Source: a virus. Taken from it: a DNA stretch of 32,000 nucleotides. Positions 7,606 to 15,840 of this stretch are shown here, in pieces. Both the position numbers and the translations under genes were made by a program. Location of the stretch: the IMG/VR virus record IMGVR_UViG_3300027908_000022, positions 45,686 through 77,685 of that record; one strand, written 5' to 3'. The first letter of the stretch is position 1. The number at the start of each line of letters is the position of its first letter. The notes under the pieces were generated by a model that saw only the letters and a program-made list of their open reading frames with translations, did no database searches and was not told where the DNA came from.

Positions 7606-8615
7606 GATGCCGCCGGCCAGCTGGCCGCCATGCCGGCTTGTGCGTTGGCGATGGCCTGCGCTTGGGTCTGGAGGGGATCGCCGGCCGTGATGCCGGCTGC
7701 CGCCCCCGCAAGCGCCTCGGCGAACGTGGCGCTCCCCGCCGGGGGGGGCGCTGGCGGCGTCACGGGTCCGGGAACTTGGACGCTCCCACCGAAATACTGA
7801 TTGAACGCCGTAATCATCGCCGCGGCGTTGAGGCCGCTCGGCGCGGTCCCGCTCTTCTTGTTCACCCAGTCCATCGAGACGCGGACGGCCATGCCGCCGC
7901 CCTGCGCGGGCGCGAACCAGGCTGCGACGGCAGCCCAGGTCACCAGGCCCAGCATGCCCCAGGTCATCACCAGGAGGCCCTCGGCCGTCGCTGCGACGGC
8001 GACGATCGCCTTCGGGTTGTAGCCGCACGAGCCGATGCAGTGGCCGTTATTGGCGTCCGCGGTCCCGGCCGTGACGTCCCAAACGAACCCGCTTTGCGAC
8101 GGCATGTTCTGGACGATGCTGTCCGGGATGCCAAACCACATCTTGAGGTTGCCGAACTCCGCGAGCGCGTACTTCACCTCGGCCTGATTGGTGGCGTCGA
8201 CCATGGCCCAGCCGGCGTCCTTGCTGCCGTCGGCGTAGCCGTGGCTGACGCGGTAGTTCAGGTCGGCGATCGGGTCGGTCCCCTGGTCGGTCGACGGGTC
8301 GGACTCGACGAAGCCCGTGATCGCGCTGTAGTCCGCGAGCGCTTGCTGGTCGCTGTACTCGTAGATCGCGCCCGCGTTGCCCGTGATCACGCCGAGGTAG
8401 TGCGCGTCCTCGGCCTCGACGCAATCGCCATAATTGGCGTTGCCCTCGATGTCCTCGATGACGGAGATCGCGGCAGGTGACCAGTCGACCGTGTCGGGCG
8501 TCGCCGGGATGGCGCCCGCCTTGAGGAACGCCTTGAGCTTGGGGGCATGCAAATGAGCGAACGGCGACGGGAGCTTGCAGGCTCCAATAACGCGGCCGTG
8601 GACGATGCGCTTCAC
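7602..8615 (-). CDS. papain-like (C1-type) cysteine peptidase candidate
   Basis: GTG at 8615 in a GTGA overlap. DTVDWSPA...GNANYGDCVEAEDAH (Cys motif), NNGHCIGSCGYN (His motif) and VMTWGM follow the order of papain-fold catalytic motifs. The function is an inference. Confidence 0.5.
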   Translation of the reverse strand: MKRIVHGRVIGACKLPSPFAHLHAPKLKAFLKAGAIPATPDTVDWSPAAISVIEDIEGNANYGDCVEAEDAHYLGVITGNAGAIYEYSDQQALADYSAITGFVESDPSTDQGTDPIADLNYRVSHGYADGSKDAGWAMVDATNQAEVKYALAEFGNLKMWFGIPDSIVQNMPSQSGFVWDVTAGTADANNGHCIGSCGYNPKAIVAVAATAEGLLVMTWGMLGLVTWAAVAAWFAPAQGGGMAVRVSMDWVNKKSGTAPSGLNAAAMITAFNQYFGGSVQVPGPVTPPAPPPAGSATFAEALAGAAAGITAGDPLQTQAQAIANAQAGMAASWPAAS

Positions 8616-9511
8616 TTGGCCACCGTCGCCGCTGGCGCTGCGGCAGGCAATGGGCCCACGACGCTCGGGCAATTGCCGTTCGCGAAGTTCGACGCCGTGT
8701 ACTCGGAGAAGGCCGTCAGTACGACAGCGCCCGCGCCGGCGACGGCGGCGCTGATGGCGAGGCCCTCCTGAGCACTCGCGTTCGAGCTCGGAACGGCGGC
8801 CGCCGTTCCGCCGAGCGCCGCGGCCGCGCCGCCGAGGGCGAAGTCGCCAATAACGAACCCGTCATGAAGGGTCGCCGTGTTCTCACAGCTCGAGACCTGG
8901 GCCGTATTGGCCGGCGTCACGGGGACGATCGGCGCGGAACTCAAACACCCGGACTGCAGGAGCCCGAGGGCCATCACGAGGATGCCGAGCGCCCAGCCAC
9001 CGATCCGGGCCGCCGCCGGGGGCGTGGGCGGAGGCGCCGCCGGCACCACAACGGGTTGCTGGATGACGCCAGGGATCTGAGGCGGCTTCTTCTTGCCGGT
9101 CTGCGTGTGCTGGTGGATCGTGACGCCGATCGTCGAGCCGCCGAGCGAGAGGAAACCCGCCAGCGTCGCGTTGAACCAGGCCGCGCCGTTCACCGTGGGT
9201 ACCGACTGGAGGTAGGCCACGAAGTTCAGGAGGTAGCCGCCGATGAGGCCGACGTAGGGGAGCCACGCGGTGGGGACCGTCGCGACGCCGAACACGGACC
9301 CGCTGTTCTTCGCGTTGATCAGGAACCCGGCGATCAACGCGAGAATCGCGATGGTGGCGGACGTCGGGTTGAGGACCGCAACAGGTGCGACCGTGATCGC
9401 CCCCTGCGCGTACGCGATACGGTCGAGCAGGCACACCAGCACGAGGCTCAGCAGCAAGGTGCCGAGCACGCGCGTCAGGGAGAGCGGCCGGAGGCCGTGG
9501 TAGAGGCTCAT
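8612..9511 (-). CDS. multi-pass membrane protein
   Basis: ATG at 9511. Several long hydrophobic segments plus a Pro-rich linker (PPQIPGVIQQPVVVPAAPPPTPPAA). Confidence 0.6.
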   Translation of the reverse strand: MSLYHGLRPLSLTRVLGTLLLSLVLVCLLDRIAYAQGAITVAPVAVLNPTSATIAILALIAGFLINAKNSGSVFGVATVPTAWLPYVGLIGGYLLNFVAYLQSVPTVNGAAWFNATLAGFLSLGGSTIGVTIHQHTQTGKKKPPQIPGVIQQPVVVPAAPPPTPPAAARIGGWALGILVMALGLLQSGCLSSAPIVPVTPANTAQVSSCENTATLHDGFVIGDFALGGAAAALGGTAAAVPSSNASAQEGLAISAAVAGAGAVVLTAFSEYTASNFANGNCPSVVGPLPAAAPAATVAK

Positions 9512-9534
9512 GCGTGCGAAGATAGGCCCATGGC

Positions 9535-9732
9535 GTGCATGGGCTGCCGCCCATGATGACCATCCTCGTGCCTCTCGCCGTCTGCCTTGTCGGTGCCGTC
9601 GTGCACCTGCTCTCGAGCGGTTCCGCGGCCCCCGGCCGCGCGCGCTTTGCCACGCTTGGGGCGTACGCGTTTGCGGTCGGGCTCTGGTGGACCCTCGGCG
9701 AAGCGGCTCACCACGTGATCCACATCGGCTAG
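9535..9732 (+). CDS. small 2-TM membrane protein (moron, opposite strand)
   Basis: Very high third-position G+C. Hydrophobic segments are MMTILVPLAVCLVGAVVHLL and LGAYAFAVGLWWTL. It fills the gap between two - strand genes. Its TAG (9730-9732) overlaps the convergent stop inside CTAG. ATG 9553 is an alternative start. Confidence 0.55.
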   Translation: MHGLPPMMTILVPLAVCLVGAVVHLLSSGSAAPGRARFATLGAYAFAVGLWWTLGEAAHHVIHIG

Positions 9733-10427
9733 TGCCCGAACCGCAGCAGTAGCTCGCGAAGCACGCCGATCAGCATGACGGCGCCGGCGCCGATGACGGC
9801 CCACCGAGTCGTAATCTTCTGCTGAGCGTTCAGCGCCTTGAGGTTGTCCTCGCGGAGCTGAGCCTCCCTGGCGAGCGCCTTGCGGTCGATCTCCGCTTGC
9901 TTGGCGAGGGCGACGCGCTCGGCCTCGGCGGCGGCGGCGGCGGCCTCGCGCTTGTCGAGCTCCAGGGCCTTCACCCGGTCGATGGCGCGCTGGAAGATGT
10001 CCTCGCTGATGTCTGCGACCTTGTTGACGTCCGGCGGCGGCGTGCTCGTATTCTTGAGCTCCGCCACGACGCGCTGACCGATCTCCTGCGACGCGTCCTT
10101 CACGAGGGCCACGTCGCTCGTGCTGCTCAGACGTTGCCGCATGGGGGGCAATTCCTGATCGTCCTGCACTTGCTCCGCGTGCCATATCTCGAGGCGCCCG
10201 ATGCGCACGCCGTGGGCCTCTTGGATGACGCGCATCTCGGCCATGTCCTCGAGGATCTCCGGGAGCTGGCTGGAGTACGCCGCCGCGATCGTGGCATATG
10301 CGCTGGCCATCTCCTGGAGCGCATGGATGATCTGATCCATCGTCGCGCCCTCAGGCAACGGCTTGAACTCACGCTGCACGGCCGCCATGGCCGGCCGCGT
10401 CGTTGCTCGCGATTGACTGCTGGGCAT
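9729..10427 (-). CDS. coiled-coil protein with C-terminal membrane anchor
   Basis: ATG at 10427 is the first start after the upstream stop at 10436. Contains ALELDKREAAAAAAEAERVALAKQAEIDRKALAREAQLRE and ends in WAVIGAGAVMLIGVL. Confidence 0.55.
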   Translation of the reverse strand: MPSSQSRATTRPAMAAVQREFKPLPEGATMDQIIHALQEMASAYATIAAAYSSQLPEILEDMAEMRVIQEAHGVRIGRLEIWHAEQVQDDQELPPMRQRLSSTSDVALVKDASQEIGQRVVAELKNTSTPPPDVNKVADISEDIFQRAIDRVKALELDKREAAAAAAEAERVALAKQAEIDRKALAREAQLREDNLKALNAQQKITTRWAVIGAGAVMLIGVLRELLLRFGH

Positions 10428-10435
10428 GGGGGATC

Positions 10436-11761
10436 TCAGAGCGGCGTGTTGAGCAGTGGCAGTCCTGTAACCCCCGACAGGTGCGAGAACCGAAACCAAA
10501 GACTGTTGTACGTCAAGAACCCGCACGGGCTCGCGGCGATGAGGCGCGGCGTATAATACGGGTTGCCCGTCGCGATATTTGACGTCAAGACGGCCTGCGA
10601 CAGATAGAACGTGATGCCGCCGTCGGGGCTGAAGGCCGCAAAGCTCGCGCCCGCGCTCGCGACATCGAGCGTCGCGAGATAGACGGCGGGGCCGATGGCC
10701 TTGAGGTCGGTGCCGTATTTGATCTTCCCCGGCGTGGCGATCATCTGTTCGGTCCAGTTGATCCCGTCCGCCGAGCGCCAGAGGTCGCAGTCGCCGCTCG
10801 AATTGTGGAACACCCCGAGCAGGAAACAGGGCCCGACGGCGTCCATCGACCAGCAGATACCGAAGATGGTCGAGGTCGAAGGGACGATTGGCGCGCCGAG
10901 CGTCTGCTGCGTCCAGCTCACGCCGTCGGGGCTCGTCCAGTAGACGTCGACGCCCTCGGTACCCGTCGGCACGGCCACGAGCAGGTCGTTTGGGCCGCCA
11001 TATCCAGCGTTATCAGCGAACTTGATCGTCCCGGTGGTAACGCCGGTGATGCTATACGATGGCGACGTCGCGCCGGTGTTCGGGTTCGGATAGAAGCCGC
11101 CGCCGTTGGCCGACAGACTGCCGATACCCACGACTACGTTTCCGTTGAACGCGTGCAGCGTGCCGACAAGATTGGCCGACGGCAGCGGACCGGTGCTGAC
11201 GATATAGGTCGTGCCACCGTGTCCCCACGAGGAGCCGTTCCACAGGTTGGTGATTATCTCGCCGCCGCTCGTCGAGGCGCTGTAGGCCACCCACAAGTCC
11301 CCGGCCGTCGTCGCGTCCTCTCGGATCGAGACGTTCGTCGGAGGGTTCGCGCTGATGGTCCCGAGTGACAGCCATGTCGCCTGCGTGTTCCCGTCGAGCC
11401 CATAGCTCGCGAAGAACGAGAGCTGCGGCCCCGTGCTACCCTGGATAGCAATCGCCCAGACGTTGGACTTCGGCATCCAGCATGCCGCCATGAGCGATTC
11501 GCTCGTGCCCGCGAAAGGCGTAATCGCCTGCTCGGCGTACCAGTTCTGGAGGGCCGGCTGATAGCTTGCGGCCTGCACGGCCTGGACGCCGGCCGACAGC
11601 TCGTTCAGCTTCCAGTTCATGAACTCCGGGACGAATGGCGTTTGCGGCGTGAAGATGTCGCCGACCGGCGTCACCTTGCACGGCTGCCCGTTCCATGGGT
11701 TCGGTCCCGCCGGATAGTCGGTCTCCAGCGCCCATCCTGTGACGTAGGCTCCTCCACTCAT
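10436..11761 (-). CDS. tail fibre / receptor-binding protein with BNR (Asp-box) repeats
   Basis: ATG at 11761 in an ATGA overlap. Asp-box-like SPDGVSWT, SADGINWT and SPDGGITF. Position is just after the baseplate J and I-like genes. Confidence 0.65.
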   Translation of the reverse strand: MSGGAYVTGWALETDYPAGPNPWNGQPCKVTPVGDIFTPQTPFVPEFMNWKLNELSAGVQAVQAASYQPALQNWYAEQAITPFAGTSESLMAACWMPKSNVWAIAIQGSTGPQLSFFASYGLDGNTQATWLSLGTISANPPTNVSIREDATTAGDLWVAYSASTSGGEIITNLWNGSSWGHGGTTYIVSTGPLPSANLVGTLHAFNGNVVVGIGSLSANGGGFYPNPNTGATSPSYSITGVTTGTIKFADNAGYGGPNDLLVAVPTGTEGVDVYWTSPDGVSWTQQTLGAPIVPSTSTIFGICWSMDAVGPCFLLGVFHNSSGDCDLWRSADGINWTEQMIATPGKIKYGTDLKAIGPAVYLATLDVASAGASFAAFSPDGGITFYLSQAVLTSNIATGNPYYTPRLIAASPCGFLTYNSLWFRFSHLSGVTGLPLLNTPL

Positions 11762-12435
11762 GATCGGGTCATCTCCTGCGCCGCGAGCGGCAGTCCGCCT
11801 AGTCCAGATTGATAGTAGCTACCCCAGACACCCTGGCCGGATGTCGGCGAATACACGCTGCTCCAAAGGGCATCGTTCCCGGTCGGCCAGGTCGAGTAGC
11901 TGAAGACTCCGCGCGTTCCGTTCGGCACCGCGTATCCCAAGATCCCGGCCACGAGATTCGGGTTCAGCGCCATCCCGAATATCGTCAGGCAGAAGCTCGC
12001 GCTCCCGGCCATCTGTGGAGCGATATCCGGCTGCCCTCCGTTCGGGTTCGCATCGTAATATCCGACGGGTCCCGTCGCGGTTTGGAGCAAAATGCCGGCG
12101 ATCTTCGACCAGTCGGTCGTGCGCCCCGTCGCGCGATTGACCGCGATCCGGAGGTAGATAAGCGACTTGTAATCCGCGTCGTCGTACCCGTCGCGCCCCT
12201 GGCCGACGAGGGCCCCGATCGAATCGAATACGGTGTTTGTCTCCGGCAGCGTGTACGTCGGCGCCGATGCGAGAAACCGCGCGCCGAGGACTTGCCACGA
12301 CGCGTCCTCGATGTCCTGCAGCGGCTGCAGTAGCGCGGCGAGCCAGTTGCGCACGTTGTACTTCGTGGCATAGGCCGAGGTGAGGCGCGCGAGGCCTTGG
12401 GCCACGATCCGCGGGTTGTAGAGGGGAAGCGCCAT
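11758..12435 (-). CDS. baseplate/tail protein (P2 gpI-like or DUF2612-like by position)
   Basis: ATG at 12435. Lies between baseplate J and the tail fibre. The N-terminal pattern is YNPRIVAQGLARLTSAY...LQPLQDIEDASWQV. Confidence 0.55.
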   Translation of the reverse strand: MALPLYNPRIVAQGLARLTSAYATKYNVRNWLAALLQPLQDIEDASWQVLGARFLASAPTYTLPETNTVFDSIGALVGQGRDGYDDADYKSLIYLRIAVNRATGRTTDWSKIAGILLQTATGPVGYYDANPNGGQPDIAPQMAGSASFCLTIFGMALNPNLVAGILGYAVPNGTRGVFSYSTWPTGNDALWSSVYSPTSGQGVWGSYYQSGLGGLPLAAQEMTRS

Positions 12436-12438
12436 GCA

Positions 12439-13929
12439 TCACCCCTCCGTCAGATCGATGTTGCTGGCCGAGATCGCCGCGATCTGATTGGCCTCGACGA
12501 CCAGGGACGTCGTGACCGACGGCGATGGCGGGAACTGGATCTGCAGGTTCGAAACGTCAAGCACCCCGGGGACGCCGGAGATCACGGCCTCGATCTGGGA
12601 CGCATAAACGTTGCCTCCGGGAGTCATCTGACCGGGCGGCGGCTGGCCATTCGCAGGGGTCTTGGCGGTGGCTGCCTCGACGAGTGCCGCTTCGATGGCC
12701 GTCTCGAGTGTCGCCCATACGACGTTCGCCCGCGGCGTCACGGTGGCGATAATGGTGAGCGGCTTCGGCGTCGGGACGCTGTACGAGACGGTTTGAACAC
12801 CGAGGTTCGGATCGACGATCGTCACCGAGATCGACCCCACGGGGGAGATCCCGGCGGGCTTGTTGTTATAGATGATCTGCCCGATCTGGGCGGGCGTCAG
12901 CGTGCCCGTCGGGTCATACACGAACACGGCGTACGAAAACGGCGGAATGCCGATTCCGTTGATCACCTGGAAGTACCATTCCGGGTTCTCGAGGACCGAC
13001 GCATTGATCGAGACTGGCGGCTCCAAGTTCGCGGCGAACTCGATCAGTGCCGCGGCCGTTGCGGCGGCCGTGCACGAGCCGCTGGCGGCGATTTCCTCGG
13101 CCTGTCGCGGACCATATGCGGGATCGAGTTCCTCGTTCTCGCCGACCTGCGTCTGCGAGCCCGGGCCCGGGTTGTCGATCGAGGACCAGCCGGTGACGGG
13201 TGTCGAGATATCGGTCAGCGTCCCGTCGTTGACGGCCGGCGTCTGCCCGATGACCTGCGACTGGAACAGTGCCACGCAGTTCGTCCCAAACGTCACAACT
13301 CCGCCGGAGACATAGGCGTTCGCGTATGTCGATCCTTGGATGGTAAAATGTGTACTGTCGACGACCGTGATCTCGGCGGTGCCGTTCGCCTCCGTCGTGC
13401 CCTGCACCTGCGAGATCGTGACCGTCTGATTGGTCGTCAGCGCCGAGGTGCTGGCAACCTCAATCTCGACGAGGCCGCTATCGTCCGACGTTCCGAGCAC
13501 GGCCATATTCGGCGTGATCTGCGCGGCAACGATCGTATACACGTTCTGGAACGTGAAGGACGGTGTCCCGTCGATATAGGCGACAAGGGAGCCGGCGGCA
13601 TAGGGCGCATGCGCCGGATCGAGCGTGAGCGTGCATTCGACTTGCGTGTAGGATGCACCCTCGCGCGGCACGCCGATGATGTCGCCCAGATTGTCAAGCG
13701 CGGCGCCCTCGGCGTCTTCGCGATTGAACTGGTTGAAACAGACCTGCAGCAGCTCCCACGCGCTCGAGTAGTATGCTCCGTAGATTGCAAGGATCTGGCC
13801 GTCCGCGGTCTGCGGCGACAGATCGAGCTGCGGGTCGATGGCATTCCAAAGCTGTTGCTGGATGCCGCTTATGATGACGGACAACGGCGGGACGACGAAC
13901 CCCGCGGGCGTGACGCCATAGGCCGGCAT
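12439..13929 (-). CDS. baseplate J-like protein (Mu gp47 / P2 gpJ family)
   Basis: 496 aa. The N-terminus VPPLSVIISGIQQQLWNAIDPQLDLSPQTADGQILAIYGAYYSSAWELL...AALDNLGDIIGVPR is typical of Baseplate_J. Confidence 0.8.
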   Translation of the reverse strand: MPAYGVTPAGFVVPPLSVIISGIQQQLWNAIDPQLDLSPQTADGQILAIYGAYYSSAWELLQVCFNQFNREDAEGAALDNLGDIIGVPREGASYTQVECTLTLDPAHAPYAAGSLVAYIDGTPSFTFQNVYTIVAAQITPNMAVLGTSDDSGLVEIEVASTSALTTNQTVTISQVQGTTEANGTAEITVVDSTHFTIQGSTYANAYVSGGVVTFGTNCVALFQSQVIGQTPAVNDGTLTDISTPVTGWSSIDNPGPGSQTQVGENEELDPAYGPRQAEEIAASGSCTAAATAAALIEFAANLEPPVSINASVLENPEWYFQVINGIGIPPFSYAVFVYDPTGTLTPAQIGQIIYNNKPAGISPVGSISVTIVDPNLGVQTVSYSVPTPKPLTIIATVTPRANVVWATLETAIEAALVEAATAKTPANGQPPPGQMTPGGNVYASQIEAVISGVPGVLDVSNLQIQFPPSPSVTTSLVVEANQIAAISASNIDLTEG

Positions 13930-13930
13930 A

Positions 13931-14305
13931 TCAGTTCCCGTTGGCCAGGACAGAGAACGGCTGATTCGATCCGCCCGTCAGGATCGCGCCGGTGTTGAGG
14001 ACTGCCTCGAAGTTGTACGAGAACGCGCGCTGTACACGGTTGAAGTTGACCTGAGCCGTGACGCTCACGACCCCGGTGACGCTGAGAATTGCCTGCTTCA
14101 AAAGCGATTCGATCTGCGTCGTGCTGACGATCTTGAGGCCGAGTATCGTCTTCCAGGGGAATCCGAGGTTCTGGTCAAGGAACCACTCACTGGCCCACAA
14201 GCCGAGAATTTGGACGCACTGCAGGCGCGCGCACTCGCCCGGATCGGTGACGAGCACCCGCGGGATCTGGAGGTCGCCGTCGTCTTCGATCGCGAAAGTG
14301 GACAC
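13931..14305 (-). CDS. baseplate wedge protein (gp25 / gpW / XkdS-like)
   Basis: GTG at 14305, 124 aa. Sits directly upstream of baseplate J. Contains WASEWFLDQNLGFPW. Confidence 0.6.
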   Translation of the reverse strand: MSTFAIEDDGDLQIPRVLVTDPGECARLQCVQILGLWASEWFLDQNLGFPWKTILGLKIVSTTQIESLLKQAILSVTGVVSVTAQVNFNRVQRAFSYNFEAVLNTGAILTGGSNQPFSVLANGN

Positions 14306-14406
14306 GCTCCGCGAAGGTAGGGCGCGGGCCCCATCATCCCACCTGTACGGTTGAGCAATTCCGTCGGGTTCTCCGGGGCCTTACCTTAGAGATGGAGGGA
14401 CGATAG

Positions 14407-15087
14407 ATGAAGGCTCTAGCGGTGGTGGTCCTGGTCCTCGGGTGCGTGGGGTGTTCCGGCGCCGTGGACGGCATTGGGAGCGCCCACGGAGGCGACCCCA
14501 CCAAGGGCGCGGGCGAGGGCGGCGACGCTCAGACGGCCGTCCAGGGCGAGGCAGGCCCCACGGACGAGGCCTCCGCGGCGGACGCGGGCGGCTACTGCTT
14601 CGCCGCTGGCGCCATGTGCGATCCGGCCAAGGGCGCGGAGCCCGGGATCGCGTGCTGCGAAGGGTTCTGCTCGGCGACCACGGGGCTCTGTTCGGTGCCG
14701 ACAGACGGCGGTGTCGCACATGAAGACGCGTCGCCCCCGGACGCGGGTTCGCCGACCGACGATGCGGGCTTCTGGACGGACGCGAGCTCGCCGGACTGTG
14801 ATGCCGCGACGTGCTCGCTCGGCGGGACGATGTGCGTGAACGACCAGGCTGCCGGGTGCCAGCCGGACGAAGCCGCCTTGCAGGCGGGCGCGTGCAATGC
14901 CCACCCGGGGACCGTCGCGTTTGCCTGCACGGATTCGGCCCTTCTGCCATCGTTCGTGTGGAGCGGGGTCTGCTTTCCGGTCGGTGTTGGGGATGCCGGT
15001 AGCGGGGTATGCTGCCCTCCGGTAAGCCAAGGCGCCTGGACGCTGTGCAGCTCGAACGAGTGTCACGCGCTCGGGACCTGCCGCTAG
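14407..15087 (+). CDS. Cys-rich secreted lipoprotein (moron) with knottin-like Cys spacing
   Basis: GGAGGG (14394-14399) then ATG 14407. Signal/lipobox MKALAVVVLVLGCVGC. There are 18 further Cys, including C-x6-C-x11-CC-x3-C-x6-C at residues 64-95. It lies opposite to the surrounding baseplate genes, and its TAG shares CTAG with the convergent stop. Confidence 0.7.
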   Translation: MKALAVVVLVLGCVGCSGAVDGIGSAHGGDPTKGAGEGGDAQTAVQGEAGPTDEASAADAGGYCFAAGAMCDPAKGAEPGIACCEGFCSATTGLCSVPTDGGVAHEDASPPDAGSPTDDAGFWTDASSPDCDAATCSLGGTMCVNDQAAGCQPDEAALQAGACNAHPGTVAFACTDSALLPSFVWSGVCFPVGVGDAGSGVCCPPVSQGAWTLCSSNECHALGTCR

Positions 15088-15728
15088 GTCGCCTTCGTCG
15101 CGGTCGTCGTCGGCGGTGGCAACAGACCGAGCGCCTGCAGTAGCGTCGTTGCTGCGCCTGCGATCTGAGTTGCCGTGGTCGCGGTCGAGACTGTCATAGC
15201 GAACGCACCGAGCGCGGAGGCCAGCCCAGTGGCCCACGGGCCCACCGCGAGCGTGTTTGCGCCGCCGGCGATCGTCACCTGAGCCCCAGTCTTGCCGAGC
15301 GTCAGGGCCGCAGCCGCGAAAAGGATTTGTGCCGTGTCGCCATCGAGGCCGAGCAGGAACGCCGCCGCCGCTTCCGAGGCGTCCTTGATTGGGCCCGTCA
15401 GATCCGTCGGCGTGGCGCTCCAATAATTCCCGGACAGCCGACGTACGTCGTTCGGCGCGACCGGCTTAGTGGATCGGCCTTGGGCGAGCCAAGTCGTCGG
15501 ATCCAAGTCGAACGCTTCGAGCGTCACGGGATCGTACTGCTTGAGCGGGCCGACGAGCACGAAGCCGCCGAACCGCGGCCACGCGATCGGCACGTTTTTC
15601 AGAACCGGCCACGGCTCGAATACGTTGCCGTCCGTGTCGAGGTTCGTGCGCACGTCGTTCGGGTTCGGCTGGATATCCGCCGTCATCGTTGCCGGGTAAT
15701 AATTGACGACGTTGCCGCCCATGCGCAC
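15084..15728 (-). CDS. baseplate central spike protein (Gp138_N / gpV-like)
   Basis: VLKNVPIAWPRFGGFVLVGPLKQYDPVTLEAFDLDPTTWL fits the Gp138 N-terminal domain pattern. The first canonical starts are GTG 15728 and ATG 15722. The frame stays open and protein-like up to 15845 (see findings). Confidence 0.65.
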   Translation of the reverse strand: MRMGGNVVNYYPATMTADIQPNPNDVRTNLDTDGNVFEPWPVLKNVPIAWPRFGGFVLVGPLKQYDPVTLEAFDLDPTTWLAQGRSTKPVAPNDVRRLSGNYWSATPTDLTGPIKDASEAAAAFLLGLDGDTAQILFAAAALTLGKTGAQVTIAGGANTLAVGPWATGLASALGAFAMTVSTATTATQIAGAATTLLQALGLLPPPTTTATKAT

Positions 15729-15840
15729 ATAAACGCTCGCCTTGTGGCTGTCGACCGCGGCTTGAATGACCTGCTCTTGCGTGATTTGTCGCTGAATTGG
15801 ACTACCCTGCCTTTCGCATGAACCACTCGTGCGACAGTCT

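Noticed and set aside
7275-8480. 401-aa + strand ORF across the lysis genes
   Set aside because: Extremely Arg-rich, low-complexity translation. It is antisense to well-formed lipoprotein and peptidase genes.
12397-13998. 533-aa + strand ORF opposite baseplate J
   Set aside because: Arg/Asp/Gly-rich shadow ORF. The - strand frame gives a clear Baseplate_J protein.
14416-15423. 335-aa - strand ORF overlapping the moron and the spike gene
   Set aside because: Arg-rich junk translation in a different frame from the spike gene. The + strand lipoprotein has an SD, a signal peptide and high GC3.
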